Below are positions 37,601 through 51,219 of a stretch of 64,000 nt of DNA, one piece after another. Source of the DNA: Haplodiscus bocki (Eukaryota); assembly GCA_965655095.1 (NCBI GenBank), contig OZ296649.1:140120001-140184000 (forward strand). Reading direction: 5' to 3'. The notes beneath the pieces were generated by a model, which worked only from the letters and a program-made list of their open reading frames with translations, had not been told where the DNA came from and searched no databases. Numbering within the stretch: the first letter of the stretch is position 1; every line of letters begins with the position of its first letter. The position numbers and the translations under genes were made by a program.

Positions 37601-40600
37601 AAAAAAATAAGATAGATAAAATCTAAATTAATTCGGCAAGGTGAAATTGCACACTTATGTTGTTTTATCTTCACATGTCTGTTCATTTGACCATCAATGC
37701 AGTATTCGTTGGAGATGGATAACCACTTTTGCAGAATTGGGATAAAGTAACAGTGGTTCAACTTGTTTTATGCTAAGTTAAGACCAGTATGGTAATGTTG
37801 ATATATTTTGTCGAAAAAGAATAGAAAAAAGTTAGATGATTATGAATCTTGAGAAAAAACATTATCACCATAATACGGAACAATTTCTGCATTGGTCGTC
37901 AAAGATGTCTTTTTTGGACTGTTTTTTGCAGTTTCTCTTCATATAAAGATTTGATAACATTCTGTACTTTCTAGTAAATTTGTACTCGCAGTGACAATCG
38001 GTGTTTTCTTTAACGGTCGTAACTTCTCAGTGATCCATTCATGAACGGTTCCTAAAACATGATTTCTTTTGTGAACTTTGAAATTTGTATCAATATTGAG
38101 TGTGCTGTCGGACGATGAAAAAGAAATCAAGATTTGTTGAAGTATGTACGAAGTCCGATGGATCAGAAAAGGAGACTGTTATTGGTTTGCTTCAAAAGAA
38201 TGAAATATTGGAATATTTCGGAGTGTATCAAGTTAATCATTTGGAAAACTACAGTTTTTTAGTTGCACAACGTTTGCTGATCCTTTATACTTCACTTGAT
38301 GAAAAATCATTTCGATTTTTTGAGCAAAATAATGAATCAGAAATGGAAAAATTATTCTCATTGGGAAATCTGTTTTCAACAGGGTCATCCTTGTTAGTGA
38401 TAACGATAAAAATTGGCAAATTAAATTGTTGCATTCGTGTTTTTTTTCTGCTTTTCTGAAATAGTTTTTTGTGTTGGTCCTGGTCGCACAGCGTAAATGG
38501 AAAAGAACTGTTGGATTAATATTTAGTTCTCCTCCTTTTTCTTTGATGCAAATGCAGAATTAATTTTTGGCCCATTATCAGCGGAAATTGAATAGCAATC
38601 AGCCATTCGTGATGGATCTACAGATTCAAGTTTAACCGTATGTTGCTGAGGTCTGACTTGATTTCTGAAAACTCAATGTGGCAAATGGTTTCTGATTTTG
38701 TGTAGTTTAAAACAAACAAAAGAAATGTTTCCTTCCTTTGTAAATTATCTTAAAATAGATTCATGATCGTTCAGATCATTATCGAAACGAGCAGGGCCAA
38801 TAGTAATATGTTCGTATATGGCAAGTGAATATAAAATTCCAAAAAATTCAAGGCATGTAGTACAGAGTGTTTCGAAAATACTAGTGAAGGTAAAAGAATT
38901 GTGCAATGTTCTGTCTATTGTTCTTGTATTTTTCAGCCGGTATAATTAACTCAGCTTTTACCAATTAGGGAGGACTTTACAAAGATACATGAAGCACGCT
39001 CGGTTTTCGGCAACGCTGAATTATTAACTTTGGTTTTGGTGGCTCTACTGTTTGAAAGTGTTTTGAGTTTTTTTTCCAAATATTATTGACATTGTTCTTG
39101 AGTGAAACACCTTGTGGTTAGATAATAACTAAAAGATTGTCAAGGAATTGTGAAGAAAAATTTTCGACTTTTGTTGTTCAGGCTGGAATTTTTAGGGAAA
39201 TGCAGCAATCCAGGATTGCATGGCTTGAATAGTCTGAAATCCAATATCATGTCCAAGGGGTTTTTAACTTTGCAAGCATGACATATGTTTTCTCAGGGAC
39301 CAAGTTCAGTTTTATTGTTGTTGTTGCAACATTATGCAGTTGTTTGATAAGTTGCAGCATGTGGGTGTTAGGAATAGACATCCGTAATTCATCATCACAT
39401 AAAACTAATGAAGAGCTTCAGTCAAATAAATATTATAAAAAGTTTGAATTTTGTTGAAAGAAAATGTTTGGAAGGCGTTTTAATCCATTGAAACCTCTAA
39501 AAAAGGCAAACAGTCTCTCTTGACTGCTTTTCCAGTTTCTTTGATAGTGTCATTTACTAATGGAGCATGTTTGTATGCATGCAAGAGATCAAAAGCCGAC
39601 TTTTAGTGTTAAAAAGCTCTATCAAATTCAGTTGATAAAATCCCAGTAACCTTCAGTCAGGTGAATGATCAGTTCGATCCAAAACGGCAAGTGTATAAAA
39701 CAACTTTAAAAGAATCAATCTTTTTGATAAAACTTAGGAGATTTGAGAAAGTAGTTCCATATGTTTTTTGTCATGTTTTGCTGAGCCAATTTGATTGATA
39801 CTTCCATTTTTCCGAAGATCATGTGAAAAGAGATTTCAGTTAATTTCAATAGAGTATAGAAACTTTGGTGGGTCTTTTTGGTTGAAGTCTGCCATTTGGC
39901 TACACTATATTTCGAAAATTTGCGGTTTTTTTTTGTAAAATCAATGCGATGGGTAGCATAACAGTGTCTCTTATCTTTCAGGATTTCAGTGAGTTGTATG
40001 TTATCAGAATCATTGCACGATAAAATTTCCTTCCTGTACGGTAACGGTGCAAACGATCTTTGAGAAAATTTTTCAGATACTTCTACATTACAGATATCAT
40101 TTTGAGTAGGTTTTTGGTTTGATACAAACCCCAAATAAGGGAATGAAACTTGTTGTTTAAGTGCGTCATATCTTGATATTGAAAATGGAGAGGATATGTA
40201 ATATCAAAGAGGTACGTTTGTCTAAATTAATGTTTAAATCACTTTGATTGATCAGTTTTTCGGATTTATGGTAGCTTTAATGGTTGTTTCAGGAAAACCA
40301 ATAAGTCTTGTTATTCTGATTGGAAGTGTTGTCACGTGTGTGGTACCGTTTTTATTCAAAACAGATAATGACAATTCATATTTCTTTGGAAGCGTTTCGA
40401 TTGAAAAAAACTGTAGTTTCGGTTTAGTTAAGAAATGCGTTTATTATTTATCAGAGAACGCTCATTCTTGAAATTGAGTATATTGTAAGGGAGTTTGTCT
40501 GTCTTTAGGTGTTACTTATAAAACTTGAGTAGAGTCGGGTTCAATAAAAATTGATTATTCGAGATTGTTTAACTGAAAAAAAGAAGGGGAGCGGAAATTT

Positions 40601-43600
40601 TTTTCTATCAATGTGGTGAGCAAAGCTATTGAATGTTGATGTTTATTTGTGTTTTCGAAGTTTCCTGTAAAATCATGAACTTTAATAAAGTTGATATTCT
40701 CTTCAAAAAAGGGTTTTCGCAAAGCTCAATAAAGGATAACAGAGAAAACAAATAACTGGAGTCCCTTGAAACTGATGTAAAACTTGTTTGGGTGATGTAT
40801 TTTTCAAAACGAATGATTTGCAATAGTCACAGTTTTTGATATGTCCTTCTGATCATAGTTGTTGACATTAAACATTTTTGATGTAAAAATTTAAGTTGGG
40901 GGATTGAGTACAGAAATGCAAACACCGCTATCCAATGGAAATGCAATATCAATTTTTGATGGTGTAATTGTATCAACTTGATTTTCAGCGTAGTTCTGTA
41001 GGTTAAACAATCAGCTGGTTGCAGTAATTGCGTTGGTTTTTGCAATGGTATACATAATGACTTCGAATTTGTCTTTTTGCAGTGGAAGCAGAGTGATGAG
41101 TAATGTTTTTCAGTGTGTTCTGATTCAATGGAAGTTTCATCTCCCGACATAGATACAAGTCTCAAACGATATAGCGATAGAGACCAGTAATAGGAGTTGT
41201 AGTTTATGAGGTTTTGTCCATTTCTAGAATGTGATCCAGAAGGAGATCGGTATGATTTTTTCCCGAAGGAAAGTGTGTGAAAACTTCTAAAATCTCGTCG
41301 CTTGAAAACGTCAATTAGTTTTGGAACGAGATGACGATCAGATAAATTTATAGTCTCGATCGCGGTAACTTTGTCTTCAACAGAAAGTATCAAGATATAG
41401 AAATACTTACGGTGATCGGAAACGAAAGGATCGGCAAGTTGAACCTCGACACTTAGACGTCGAGTGTTTCACCGGATCATTACTGTTTCTTGAGTAATAA
41501 GTTATAGGATACGAACTAGGTTGTTCGTTTGGATGAATTTACATTTCTTAAGTTTTTTTAAAAAACGTTGAAAGCTTTTAACGGGAAGTTTGGTTCGAAA
41601 ATAAGAGTTCTATTTTCCTTCTTCAGCTTCTCGTTGTATTCAAAAACAAGAGGAAACATATTGGTTTGATCTATCAGAGTGATTACAGTCTTATCCTATT
41701 GCTTGTGTAACTTTGTTAGTTGGATGGTTTGTTTGTGCGAACATGATTTCAGGGTTCTGATCAAAAGAATGAGGGTTGTATTTTGAGATATCTATTATGA
41801 TGTTGCAGTATTAATTTCCAGGGATAGGTTTCAGTTTTGGGTTGCGATTGATTGAATAATAATTTTACTCAATGAGTAGGCGTCACTACTGTTGAGAAAA
41901 AACAGAAGTTGTTTCGATCTCATTTGGTTTGTAGTAGTGATTGTATTCAACATAAATGCACTATTAAAAGTTCTATTGGGCCGATTTAGCGATATTGAAT
42001 GACGTTTTTTTTGTTATTACAGTCAGTAAATGGGTAGAAATTATACATTTGTGCATCAGTTCAATTGAACTGTAGAAATGATGATAATGAAGTGTTTTTA
42101 TCATTGAAACTTTTGAGTAATTGTTTCGTTGACCGAGTTATCTGTGATTGCATAGTTTTCAGCTAAAACTGGGTTGTAAGCACCACCACAGGGCTTCTTG
42201 TTGAAACTGTTTTGCCTGGTACTTCTAATGGGATAAAAAATTCAGGTATACTACCTGGATAACGACGAGGTGTAAGTTCAGTACCTCCAGTGATCAATGT
42301 TTTGGAGCTAAAAAGACAAAGGTACGCCAAGTTTCAGATTGTTTTCAATTTTTGGTCTTTTGATTAGGATTTTTTTCGTCAGTTTTTGCAGTGTTGGTTG
42401 GTTTATTTGATTTATTTTCATTAAAATTCCAATTTAAGTGTCGATTTAGAAAAAATGCTCGGTTGAGTTTCATCGGTACACATCCTAAATAGAAAATGAA
42501 TTCAGAGTTTTTTTTGAGGTCAACTCCGATATATTGGGTGACAGGTTCCATCTTCAATCAGGAACTGAAGTAAACTTTGTTCACCGAAGTTTTACAGAAA
42601 ATTTATGAAAACAGTTTGATCCAAAGTGTCTGAGGTGAGTTCAAAAATGGATTATAAAATTCTAATATGAACAAAATTCTATGAACTTCAGGTATTATTA
42701 CAGTGTCCCAACAGTTAATTCGGAAAAAAATTTACACTGATAAGTTTCTTTTGAGCGATGTCTTTCAGAATCCATTGGTGTGCTTTCCGACTTCGCTTTT
42801 CTATCAGCTTCTAGTTTATCGGAGAGATTTTGTTGGGTTTTTGATTCAACAAGTGCAGAAGACAGAAGGAACAAACACACGTTTGTCTAAATTGTATTGG
42901 CTTCTTGCAGTTCCTTCAAGAAATGCAACAATACATCTTGAATCCGTGTGGTAAAATCTTCCGTGTTTCTGGTTCGTGACAAATTTTCAGTTACATTATT
43001 TGAAACAATGTGGAAAACAATGTAAACTTATGAAACCGAGGAGCTTTTTCCCATCTTTTAAAATAATTACAATAGAGATAAGCATCAATGTGTTCTCTAA
43101 TCAAAAGAATTGCCTATATATCAATACGACGTTTTTCAAATGTTAACGATATGATTGTACTGCAAAAACAAATTTGTAGGAACCTGATAGCATCTCCATT
43201 GAGTGCTCGATGTTTTCTTTGAGATATAGGATTAAAAATAAATGGGTGTGACACTTGATACTCAGCTCCAAGAACTTGGTGTTGTGGTATCTTCGGTCAA
43301 GATGTGTCTCCAGATTGTTCTATTTGAACTTTGAACTTCTTTTGGAGGATTTCGCATTTGATTAGTAAATGCAATATAGACTGAAGGATCGTATATTTGC
43401 AATGGGTTTGGTTGGGAAGCTTCAGTTAGGTTTGGAATTTGTTCCAAAAGGTTTGAGTTTTCATCTCGATTAGCTCCATTGAGGTTTTCATTTTGATTTG
43501 CAGTGTTTTGATTATCATCTTCAAATTCGAATGTAGAGTCATTAGCATCAGAAAATTTTTTTGTCGGTTTGACATTATATTTAGAGAAAGTAGTTACATG

Positions 43601-43834
43601 AATTGGGAAAGTTCGTATACGAAGAAGTTCAACTAGTAAAACTAGAAGTGTAAGAAGGATTCTTTTCAGTAAATGAAAAAAAAGGAAAAAAGGTTTAGAA
43701 TACCATTGTGCCTAAAAAACTCAAGCAGCCATAAAAGAAAAAGCTGAGTAGAAGGATCACAGGGAACATGAAAAAAATAAAAAATGCCTGCAGCGAAAAT
43801 ATTTTTGGCAATACTCGAAATAAATTCTCGAAAG

Positions 43835-43864
43835 TGCTTTGAACCAAAAGATTGTTAGCAGAAT
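43835..43864 (-). promoter_or_regulatory. LTR 3' end and PBS-like site (copy B)
   Basis: - strand ATTCTGCTAACA-ATCTTT-TGGTTCAAAGCA; near-identical junction in copy C at 63,912-63,942. Confidence 0.6.
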
Positions 43865-44879
43865 TATATCTATAATCGGTGTAAGGTTTAAGTTTTAAGT
43901 ATGGTTTTGGAACATGGGGTATAAAATCTTATTGAGAAAGATGCGAAAATCTGATCCATCAGTGTCCTGTTCCAATGTTTGATCACAACGGATAGCATGG
44001 TTTGACTTTTAGGTTTTTCTGGACCCGAGAATTTCGATAGGCAAAACCGAGTTCATTGTTATCTGGGAACTCCCCTAGTGTTAATTCAATCGTAACTAAA
44101 ATTGTGAACAGTCTTCATGAGAGGCAGCAAAACAAGGACTCCAAAGACGCTATGCATTAGAAACCTAGCGTTGTGACCTTGAGTCTTAGGGGTCGGGAAG
44201 ATAAAACTATGGAGTAGAAAATAATTACATACAAAACTGATTTGAAAAACATGAATAGAAAAGCAAATGAACGCCAAATAGTGATAAAAAGTGGACGTAT
44301 GAAGATTCCAGAGTGAGTAGGTAAAATGCTCGGTGAGTAGTGAAAAAAGTTGGCAAGAAAACTATTTGAGTGATTGATCTGACATCAGAGCTTAAAAAAC
44401 TTTCAAAAAGGAAATTGAAATTAGAGCTCCCGTGACATTAAAAAAGTTTTTCAATCAGTGTATATTATACGACTAGAATGGACAAAACTCAAGGTCTGGA
44501 CAAGTCAAAGCGACAAAAACTAACCAATAAACACTTCAAAGAGAAATGTCCGACACGTTGAATAATGTGAATTTTTTCGTCGTGATCGCAATTTCTGTTG
44601 AACTTGATTTACTCAAGTTTTTTCATCTTTCGAATTTTTTGAACCTTGATGTTAATCTTTTCTCTAACTTCTGTTCTCAAAAACCGCCCTTTTCGTAGCT
44701 GTTTCATTAATAGAAAGAATCCTTGTTCTGATGAATGCAGTTTGAGCGCTTCAAAGTATGATTGATTACGTTACCATAATTTCTCCCATCTTTGTACTTT
44801 AAGAAGCATGGATATTCATGGATGATTCATAGATTTATCTTAGTTGATGTCATTGATGAATATACTTCATGACAATGTT

Positions 44880-45700
44880 ACATAACATTGTTTTCCGTCG
44901 ATGGATCATGCATATTATCGATGATGATGTCGCAGCACATCTGCGTAGCTTGTGGACAGTCGCTCCCTGAGCCGAAGGTCATACCAGGCTCGTTGTCAAC
45001 AAACTAGAACCACAAAATTGAAAACTTTATGCATATATACTACATTTTTACTTTTGTACTTAAATGATACGTCGTAGTTACGTATCAACCCCATGCACAT
45101 TTATGTAATTCATGTAAACGATAAGTAGTTGTTATGTATCGTTCTATACTATTTACTCCATTAGAAAATCAGGTATCCTATACTTGTAATTCTGGTGAAC
45201 TGATCCCTGTTGGGACGGAGCAACTACGGAACAAACGAATATTCATTTACTTTCCTTCCTGTATATTTATAATACTATTAGGTGCTGTTTTATTACCTAA
45301 TTTAACTAATTAGTTTTTAAATCCAAACTTTTCAATTGATATGTGCAGTAATCAGAACCAAGCTTGACATTGTCAACAAGTCTGCAATAACCAATACAGC
45401 TATTGTTTCAGTGCATGAATTTAAAAGTGGCTATTTGATCCGTACGTGTTCCGTCGTAACCAATCTGGTTACATCAGTAGATTTCAGCCAATCCGCTGTG
45501 CTACAACGCTGTGTCATTTTGAACGAACACGGAACGTTTACGTACTCACCCATTTCAATCTCCTCAGTAGGACTGTGGAGAGCAGTGCTACAAGCGGCTA
45601 CGTGGTCACTCCGGAACAGTTCGGCCAAAATGAGGAACCAGCTAGTATAAATGAAGAACGGACTAAAAAAAGCAAAGTTTTGTTCCCAGCATTGTTAATC
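44880..45700 (-). pseudogene. Possible host gene remnant with signal-like segment and Ig-like domain
   Basis: PFFIYTSWFLILAEL..EIEMGEYVNVPCSFKMTQRCSTADWLKS (Ig B-strand Cys, C-strand Trp pattern), in-frame TAG then IAVLVIADL; further exon-like piece FVDNEPGMTFGSGSDCPQATQMCCD after a TTCTAG acceptor near 45,005. Confidence 0.3.
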
Positions 45701-46286
45701 GATGCAAAATGTAAACACATGTAAACAAGAAAATTATCGATCATTTTTTTATTTTTTATGCTATGTATTTGTTTTACATATGTTTGGGTGCATTTTCAAA
45801 AAAAATTCTTCTCATGCTAAAACTTTTTGATCTTTCGTTTATGTCGTTAGTTTTCGTGTAGGCGCGGGAATAACCGCTTTGATGTCCCTTTCTGGTGGAT
45901 TAAATCAGTTTTTTTTCGGTCAAAGGATGGAAAAGACGCGGTCTTTGAAGAAAGAAATGGACGGAGAAATGTTCATTTTGCGCCAGATTCGGCATTGTTT
46001 CCCTTATAGATAAAATGATTGAAGTGCTCTCCCTTTTGTACCTTGATTATGCGTGTAAACAATTATGTTTCCCGCCAAGGAAAGGGTTTAACTAGGACAA
46101 ACGGAGGTACTAAAATCAAAATATAAAAACTTGTAGCCTTTTGGTGTTGTACTCATTTTTTGAAACTATTAAGTGTTTGCCTTTGTTGAAACCCTTATCC
46201 CTCAAAATAGAGGAGATGGACAATTTTGTTACAGGTTAAAATTCAATTTCAGTCTTCAGAACTGACAGAGTTCTTCCCTCAGAATC

Positions 46287-48350
46287 ATGGCAACGTTGAG
46301 GCGTAAGAGAAAATTAGCGGCAGTTTCGAGAGAAACGCAAGAAAATACAAGGAACAGTCAGTCACAAAAAGCACTTGATCCGGCAATGGCTCAAGAGTAC
46401 ATTTCCTAGGTTTCTGAACAAATTGAAGGCTGTGACTAAAATTTTTCCAAAGATATCAGCCGGACGGGGTCACACATTTTGGGTGCTTTGTCTAACCTTG
46501 ATGAGTTTCTTCTGAAACCACATGTTCGGACTTGCTCTGTTGTTGTTCCGGGAACATCCAGGAACAATGGCTTCGAAAACCGGGAACCTACTGGGGATCG
46601 TTCCCACAATGATACTCGTCCCGATAAAGAGCTCTCTGTACGTCAGAAAAACATTTCAGTTGACTCACACAAGAAGTAGACTTCTCAAATGGTGACAGGA
46701 GTTCAAGAGGAGATTCCCTACTGCTCGCCTGGAACTTCGTCAGGAAAACAAACGTAGGCGCGCTCTACAAGTAAACCACAAATTGGCAGTGAAAACAGTC
46801 CTGCGACATTTGAATCAGACCAGATTCTGTTAGCCCTCCAACAATTGGTGACGAACAGTAATTCGGCTTATATCAAAAACAACATCAAAAGAATCTCGAA
46901 ACTGCCTAAATGCCTCACAACGGCAAGGCCCACTTTGGACAGGAAATCAGAGAATTTCGATTTGTATGAAGATCTGTTCCAAATGAATTTGGAAAGTCAG
47001 AATCAACTGGCAGAAGAAGACAAAATGAACTATTTCCACTCAATCATGGGTGGTGATGCGCTACAAACTTTCAAAAAAAATCACCAACCTAATATAGAGA
47101 ATTTGTGAGAGATTCTGACTGTGTTCCGCAGAAGATACGTCAAACCCCTTTCAATGCTTACAGCAAAACACAAATTTCAACGACTGGGGTTCAACCCAGT
47201 GAAACAGATTTTGAATGATTTCCTAGACGAACTACAGAAACTAGCGGAATATGCATTCGGAGTTGCCGCTCAGGCGAGCCTTGAGCAGATCATATATGCC
47301 AAAATGACTCTCCACCTGAAGAAGTTGAATAATCAGGTGCATTTGGAGAATGGCACATATAAACGGATTGTGTCACATCTTGAAAGGGAATTGGGAGTGT
47401 ACATTTTGAAAGGTCCGGATGAGATACAAATAAATACTGTGACGCAACAAGCCACACAACAAAAACCCAGAAAAACACAAACCAACTTGCCATCACTGCA
47501 ATAAGCCAGGTCATTATCAAAACCAGTGACGTCAACTCAAACGAGAGAATGATCCAGCCCAAAACAACACAAATAGTGCCGGTAATAACAACAACAATAT
47601 GTGTGATTAGACAAACTCTTACTCCAACAATAAAAATCCTAACGATACCAACGCAGTCAATACAAACAATCAAATAGACAGGAAACCTAGACCTATCTGC
47701 CCACCCTGTGAGACCTGTTGTAAGACTAACCATTCCACAGAAAATTGTTACTCTGGAACAAACGCAAAGGCAATCTGCCAGGAATGGACGGCCGGAAGGA
47801 CAGAATCAGGTCCAATAAAGAAATGCTCAAAACAAGTCAGATGTGAATGTTCAAGCCGCACCCCAACCCTTAAACTAGAAACGCCACATCGTCACTCCGG
47901 AGTTGCACGTGACAGACCGTAGACAATTGAAATACCAAAACTTCCAATAATTCCCGAGGTTTTATGGCAGCAACGCCCAGAGACATTTTAAGATCAAAAC
48001 AACTTAAATTTTACTAATATTGTGTCTACAATACAATATATTCAAGAAACCTCAAAGACGACTATAGCAAGTCAAACGGCGCCACTCAAAGGAATTCAAC
48101 CACAGAAAAACGTAAATGCCACGGAACAACCCACAGGAAATCAAACAAGGAACAAACGTGTACTGTTCCTCAGTTGCTCCAATAATTGTCCTACCGATGT
48201 TCAAGAATCAGAGCACCACACAACGACTGCCCTTGCTGCAGATACCACTATCCCAACTCTCACAATAACAACCCTAATAATGGACTAACTGTTGATGGGA
48301 GATGAACAGACTAATGAGTTTTATCTCCCAGAAACATCTACGAAAGAATT
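46287..48350 (+). mobile_element. Second Ty3/Gypsy family: gag with two zinc knuckles, truncated before protease
   Basis: MATLRRKRKLAAVSRE; PTLDRKSENFDLYEDLF...YFHSIMGGDALQTF; VFRRRYVKP; CHHCNKPGH (~47,488) and CETCCKTNHSTENC (~47,707). Confidence 0.8.
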
Positions 48351-49399
48351 ACAAATTATCAATCTGAATTAATTGATTTCAGTACTTTGTTCAAATTACT
48401 TTTTTTTGAAAGTTTCAGAGATTAATTTTCTTTTGGGGAGTTTCAACAAACGAGAATTTTACTTTGTTCTGTTGTTCACATAAATGAATGAACTTGGACA
48501 AAAAACATGACCCGTCAGCTTGATGACGTAAAACGGGTCAAATAAATGACAGTTCACATGATTGAGAGTTTAACTTTCAAAGTTGGTTATCAAACATGTA
48601 AAGAGTTGTCATCAAGTCAGCGTAAATGTTGGTTCAATCTTATGAGTTTGAAAGGGACAAATGATCAATTTAGTCCGAATTCTGGTCTTCTTTGCAGTAT
48701 GAGCAATTTCTCATACCTTCAGCTCTTTCAAAATAGAATTTCTTCGACTTCTTCAAAGTGTTCAGTGACAACGTAAATTTAGTTGTTCACTGTGCTTTCT
48801 TAGCCGGAAAAAAATGAAAAATAAGCTAGCAGGTGTGAAGAAAAGTGACTAATTTGACTAGTTGGAACTAGAAAAATGTGAAAACTTGCGGGAGTTTCAA
48901 TTTCACATTTATATTTTCAGAAGTTGGATCAATAATTTCATTCTAAGAAAACGAAGTAGATTCATATTTTTGGTTGAAGCTATTTTCCAGATTTTGGTTC
49001 GCAATTTGACATTTTTAGTCGGATTTCGAAGTGTAATTCAGAGAAGTTTGCAGAATAAGTTTTCTTTCGTTTGGACAAATAAATATTTGATTTTGTTCAA
49101 TTCACTAAAATTAGGCAAGAATATATGAAATTTCTTAGGCGCGAAAGAACTTTGAGTCGAACAAATACGGCGAGGTACAAAGCACTTGTTGTTACAAAGG
49201 TAACACTTTGAGTGGTTAACAAATATTGATATTACAGAGAAATTTTTATAGAATTACAAAGGGACTTATAGCGAATACAATTTTATCAAACAGAGTTTAG
49301 GGAACATACGGAGTGTTTCACAAAGTCAGAACATTTTTTTAAAAAGTCTCCGAATTGGTTTTTTTGCGAACCAATTTTCTGCGATCAAATTTCACAGTA

Positions 49400-49654
49400 A
49401 AACACGTTCGATTTAGCTTGGTATCGGAGCAATGAATTTGGATGACACAGAGTGAAGCACTGTGAGCGGCAGAAGTTGAGCCAGAGTGGGTGTTGTAAGT
49501 CAAATTCATTTGAACCAGAGGAGGACCAGAGTGGTTGTTCCAGATTCCACTCGGATTCCACTCCTGAGGGGTGATAAAAAAGCGTCAATTTTCCAAAAAC
49601 ATAGCGACAACTACAGTAATATATAATCTGAAGGAACGTGATATATAATTCTGA

Positions 49655-49720
<66 letters not shown>

Positions 49721-49950
49721 CCAAAAAATGCAGAACCAGTGAATGCGAAGCTTAATCAGCCGAGGTAGAGGACCCAAACTCCAGAGTTCCAGACAGCCAC
49801 AAATCCAGAAATCCAGGAATCCAGTGACATGTCATGTTCAGCCAGCGAAGAAACAAGGAGCAAGTGAGCCAGTGAGCCAGAGCCAGTTCTCCAGTGAGTC
49901 GGTGAGACAGGGAGTCATTAAGCCATTGAAATAGTTCACACAAAATGAAT
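49400..49950 (-). repeat. Putative 3' LTR region of copy C (GC-richer, CCAG-rich)
   Basis: Lies at the expected position beyond ORFy; shares short motifs (AATCCAGA, TGTCATG, ATAAAAA..AGCGTCAA) with 30,590-30,710; termini not identified. Confidence 0.35.
49657..49720. repeat. (AG)n microsatellite, ~32 units, one interruption
   Basis: Directly visible. Confidence 0.98.
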
Positions 49951-49979
49951 TAAACATTGCATATGTCAGAGGTCTGTTT

Positions 49980-51219
49980 ATAGAAGATCAGTGAAAAAAC
50001 TTTTTTAAACTTTTCAAATTAATAGTTCACAATATCTCAGAGTTATTGTCAATGAAGTTAAAGAGTTCGGGTTCATGATATTTCAGTATTCAGTTTTCCA
50101 AAGTTCTGTGTCAAAGAAATGTAGACAGATTTGTTCTTGGAATCTTTTTTAATCTCCACGGGAGATTTTTGAAATGTTGTTTAACTGACATTTATGTAGC
50201 TTTGTTTTTATGTGGGGAATACCAATGATTATGTGGAATCATAGGGTAGGTTTGTATTGGATCAGAAATAAGTTTTGTCTCTAGTGCAGGGTGATCTTTG
50301 TCTTATACGTAAAAGAGTTGCAGAGTGAGAAGGAAGTTAGTCAGAAGATGCATAAATGACTTCCAACAATTCAATATTTGCAAAGAAATCATCACCAGCA
50401 TCAAATTGCAGTAAGGAGTACAAAGTTGCAAGTTTGTTTGCGAAGTTATCAGCATTTCTGACGTATCCATGAGAGGCTAAAAAACTATGGTTCGGGCAAA
50501 CTTCAGTTTCAGATGAGTTATCAAGTTCAGTTTGAGTGAAGACATTAACCTATTAATTCTTTTCTTCCAGCTTCAGTATTATTCTGTTCATGGAATCAGT
50601 TAATCGAAATTCATTTGAAGAGTGTAAAATGTTTTTATGTTTAAAGTCCAGTAGTCATATGTAACTAATTGCTTAGATGCATGCAAGATGCACTGATTTA
50701 TAAAGCAATTTGATTTTAATTGAAATATATAGGGTGTTGAAACCATAAAGAGCGATATCAGTTTGAAATGCGAACTGATATTTCTCACTTGATAACCGAG
50801 ATATTAAGGCATCACCTTTAATAAATCAGGTTCCGGTAATAGCTTCAGAGTAGGAGACATATCATTTGAAGTTAAAAAAACAGGATCGGTTAAAATATAT
50901 CTTTTCCTTTTTGGGGACTTTGATAAATCAGGCTCAGAAAATTTGTTTTTTTCTTAGGTGTTTTGGAATTAATTTTTTCAGTTGAAGAAGCGCTACTAGA
51001 GGCTCCTTGCATTTGCATTTCATCATTCAGGGATGCGTTAGAGCCGTGTAAAGACTTCATGACTTCAGTAAAAGAATTGGTTTCTGGTGCAAAATCAGTG
51101 AGCGTGCTTTGTTGTGGAACAGTTTTTTCATTTTCATTAGATACAGTGATCACTAGAGTTTGATGTTCGATATGAGTGGACGGAAGAGAAGCTTCCAAAC
51201 TTTTTCCAGTGGTGCTCAT
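49980..51219 (-). pseudogene. Uncharacterised ORFy downstream of env (copy C)
   Basis: ORF 50890-51219 (S/T-rich) continuing through frameshifts to EVCPNHSFLASHG...VIYASSD*LP. Confidence 0.45.

Larger units (their letters stand above)
30470..44437 (-). mobile_element. Ty3/Gypsy copy B (same large family), near full length, most of env deleted
   Basis: - strand: putative 5' LTR 43,853-~44,437; gag ~41,100-43,600; protease FPLDSGV (~40,905-40,940); RT LVLCDDELRM (~39,380-39,410); integrase DTRGPLNLA (37311-37601); ORFx; env 5' part; ORFy; PPT at 30,711-30,728 followed by TG. Confidence 0.85.

Noticed and set aside
45545-45552. - strand GTGAGT splice donor inside the Ig-like ORF
   Set aside because: Splicing here would remove the GEYVNVPC motif; cannot be resolved without transcripts.
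48508-48540. TGACCCGT...ACGGGTCA hairpin
   Set aside because: An 8-bp stem can occur by chance in 64 kb; no Helitron CTRR end or element boundary identified.
49307-49335. TACGGAGTGTTTCACAAA, Tc1/mariner TIR-like
   Set aside because: No partner inverted repeat found in the window.
49385-49777. 130-aa ORF with SLSLSL run
   Set aside because: Produced by the (CT)n microsatellite.
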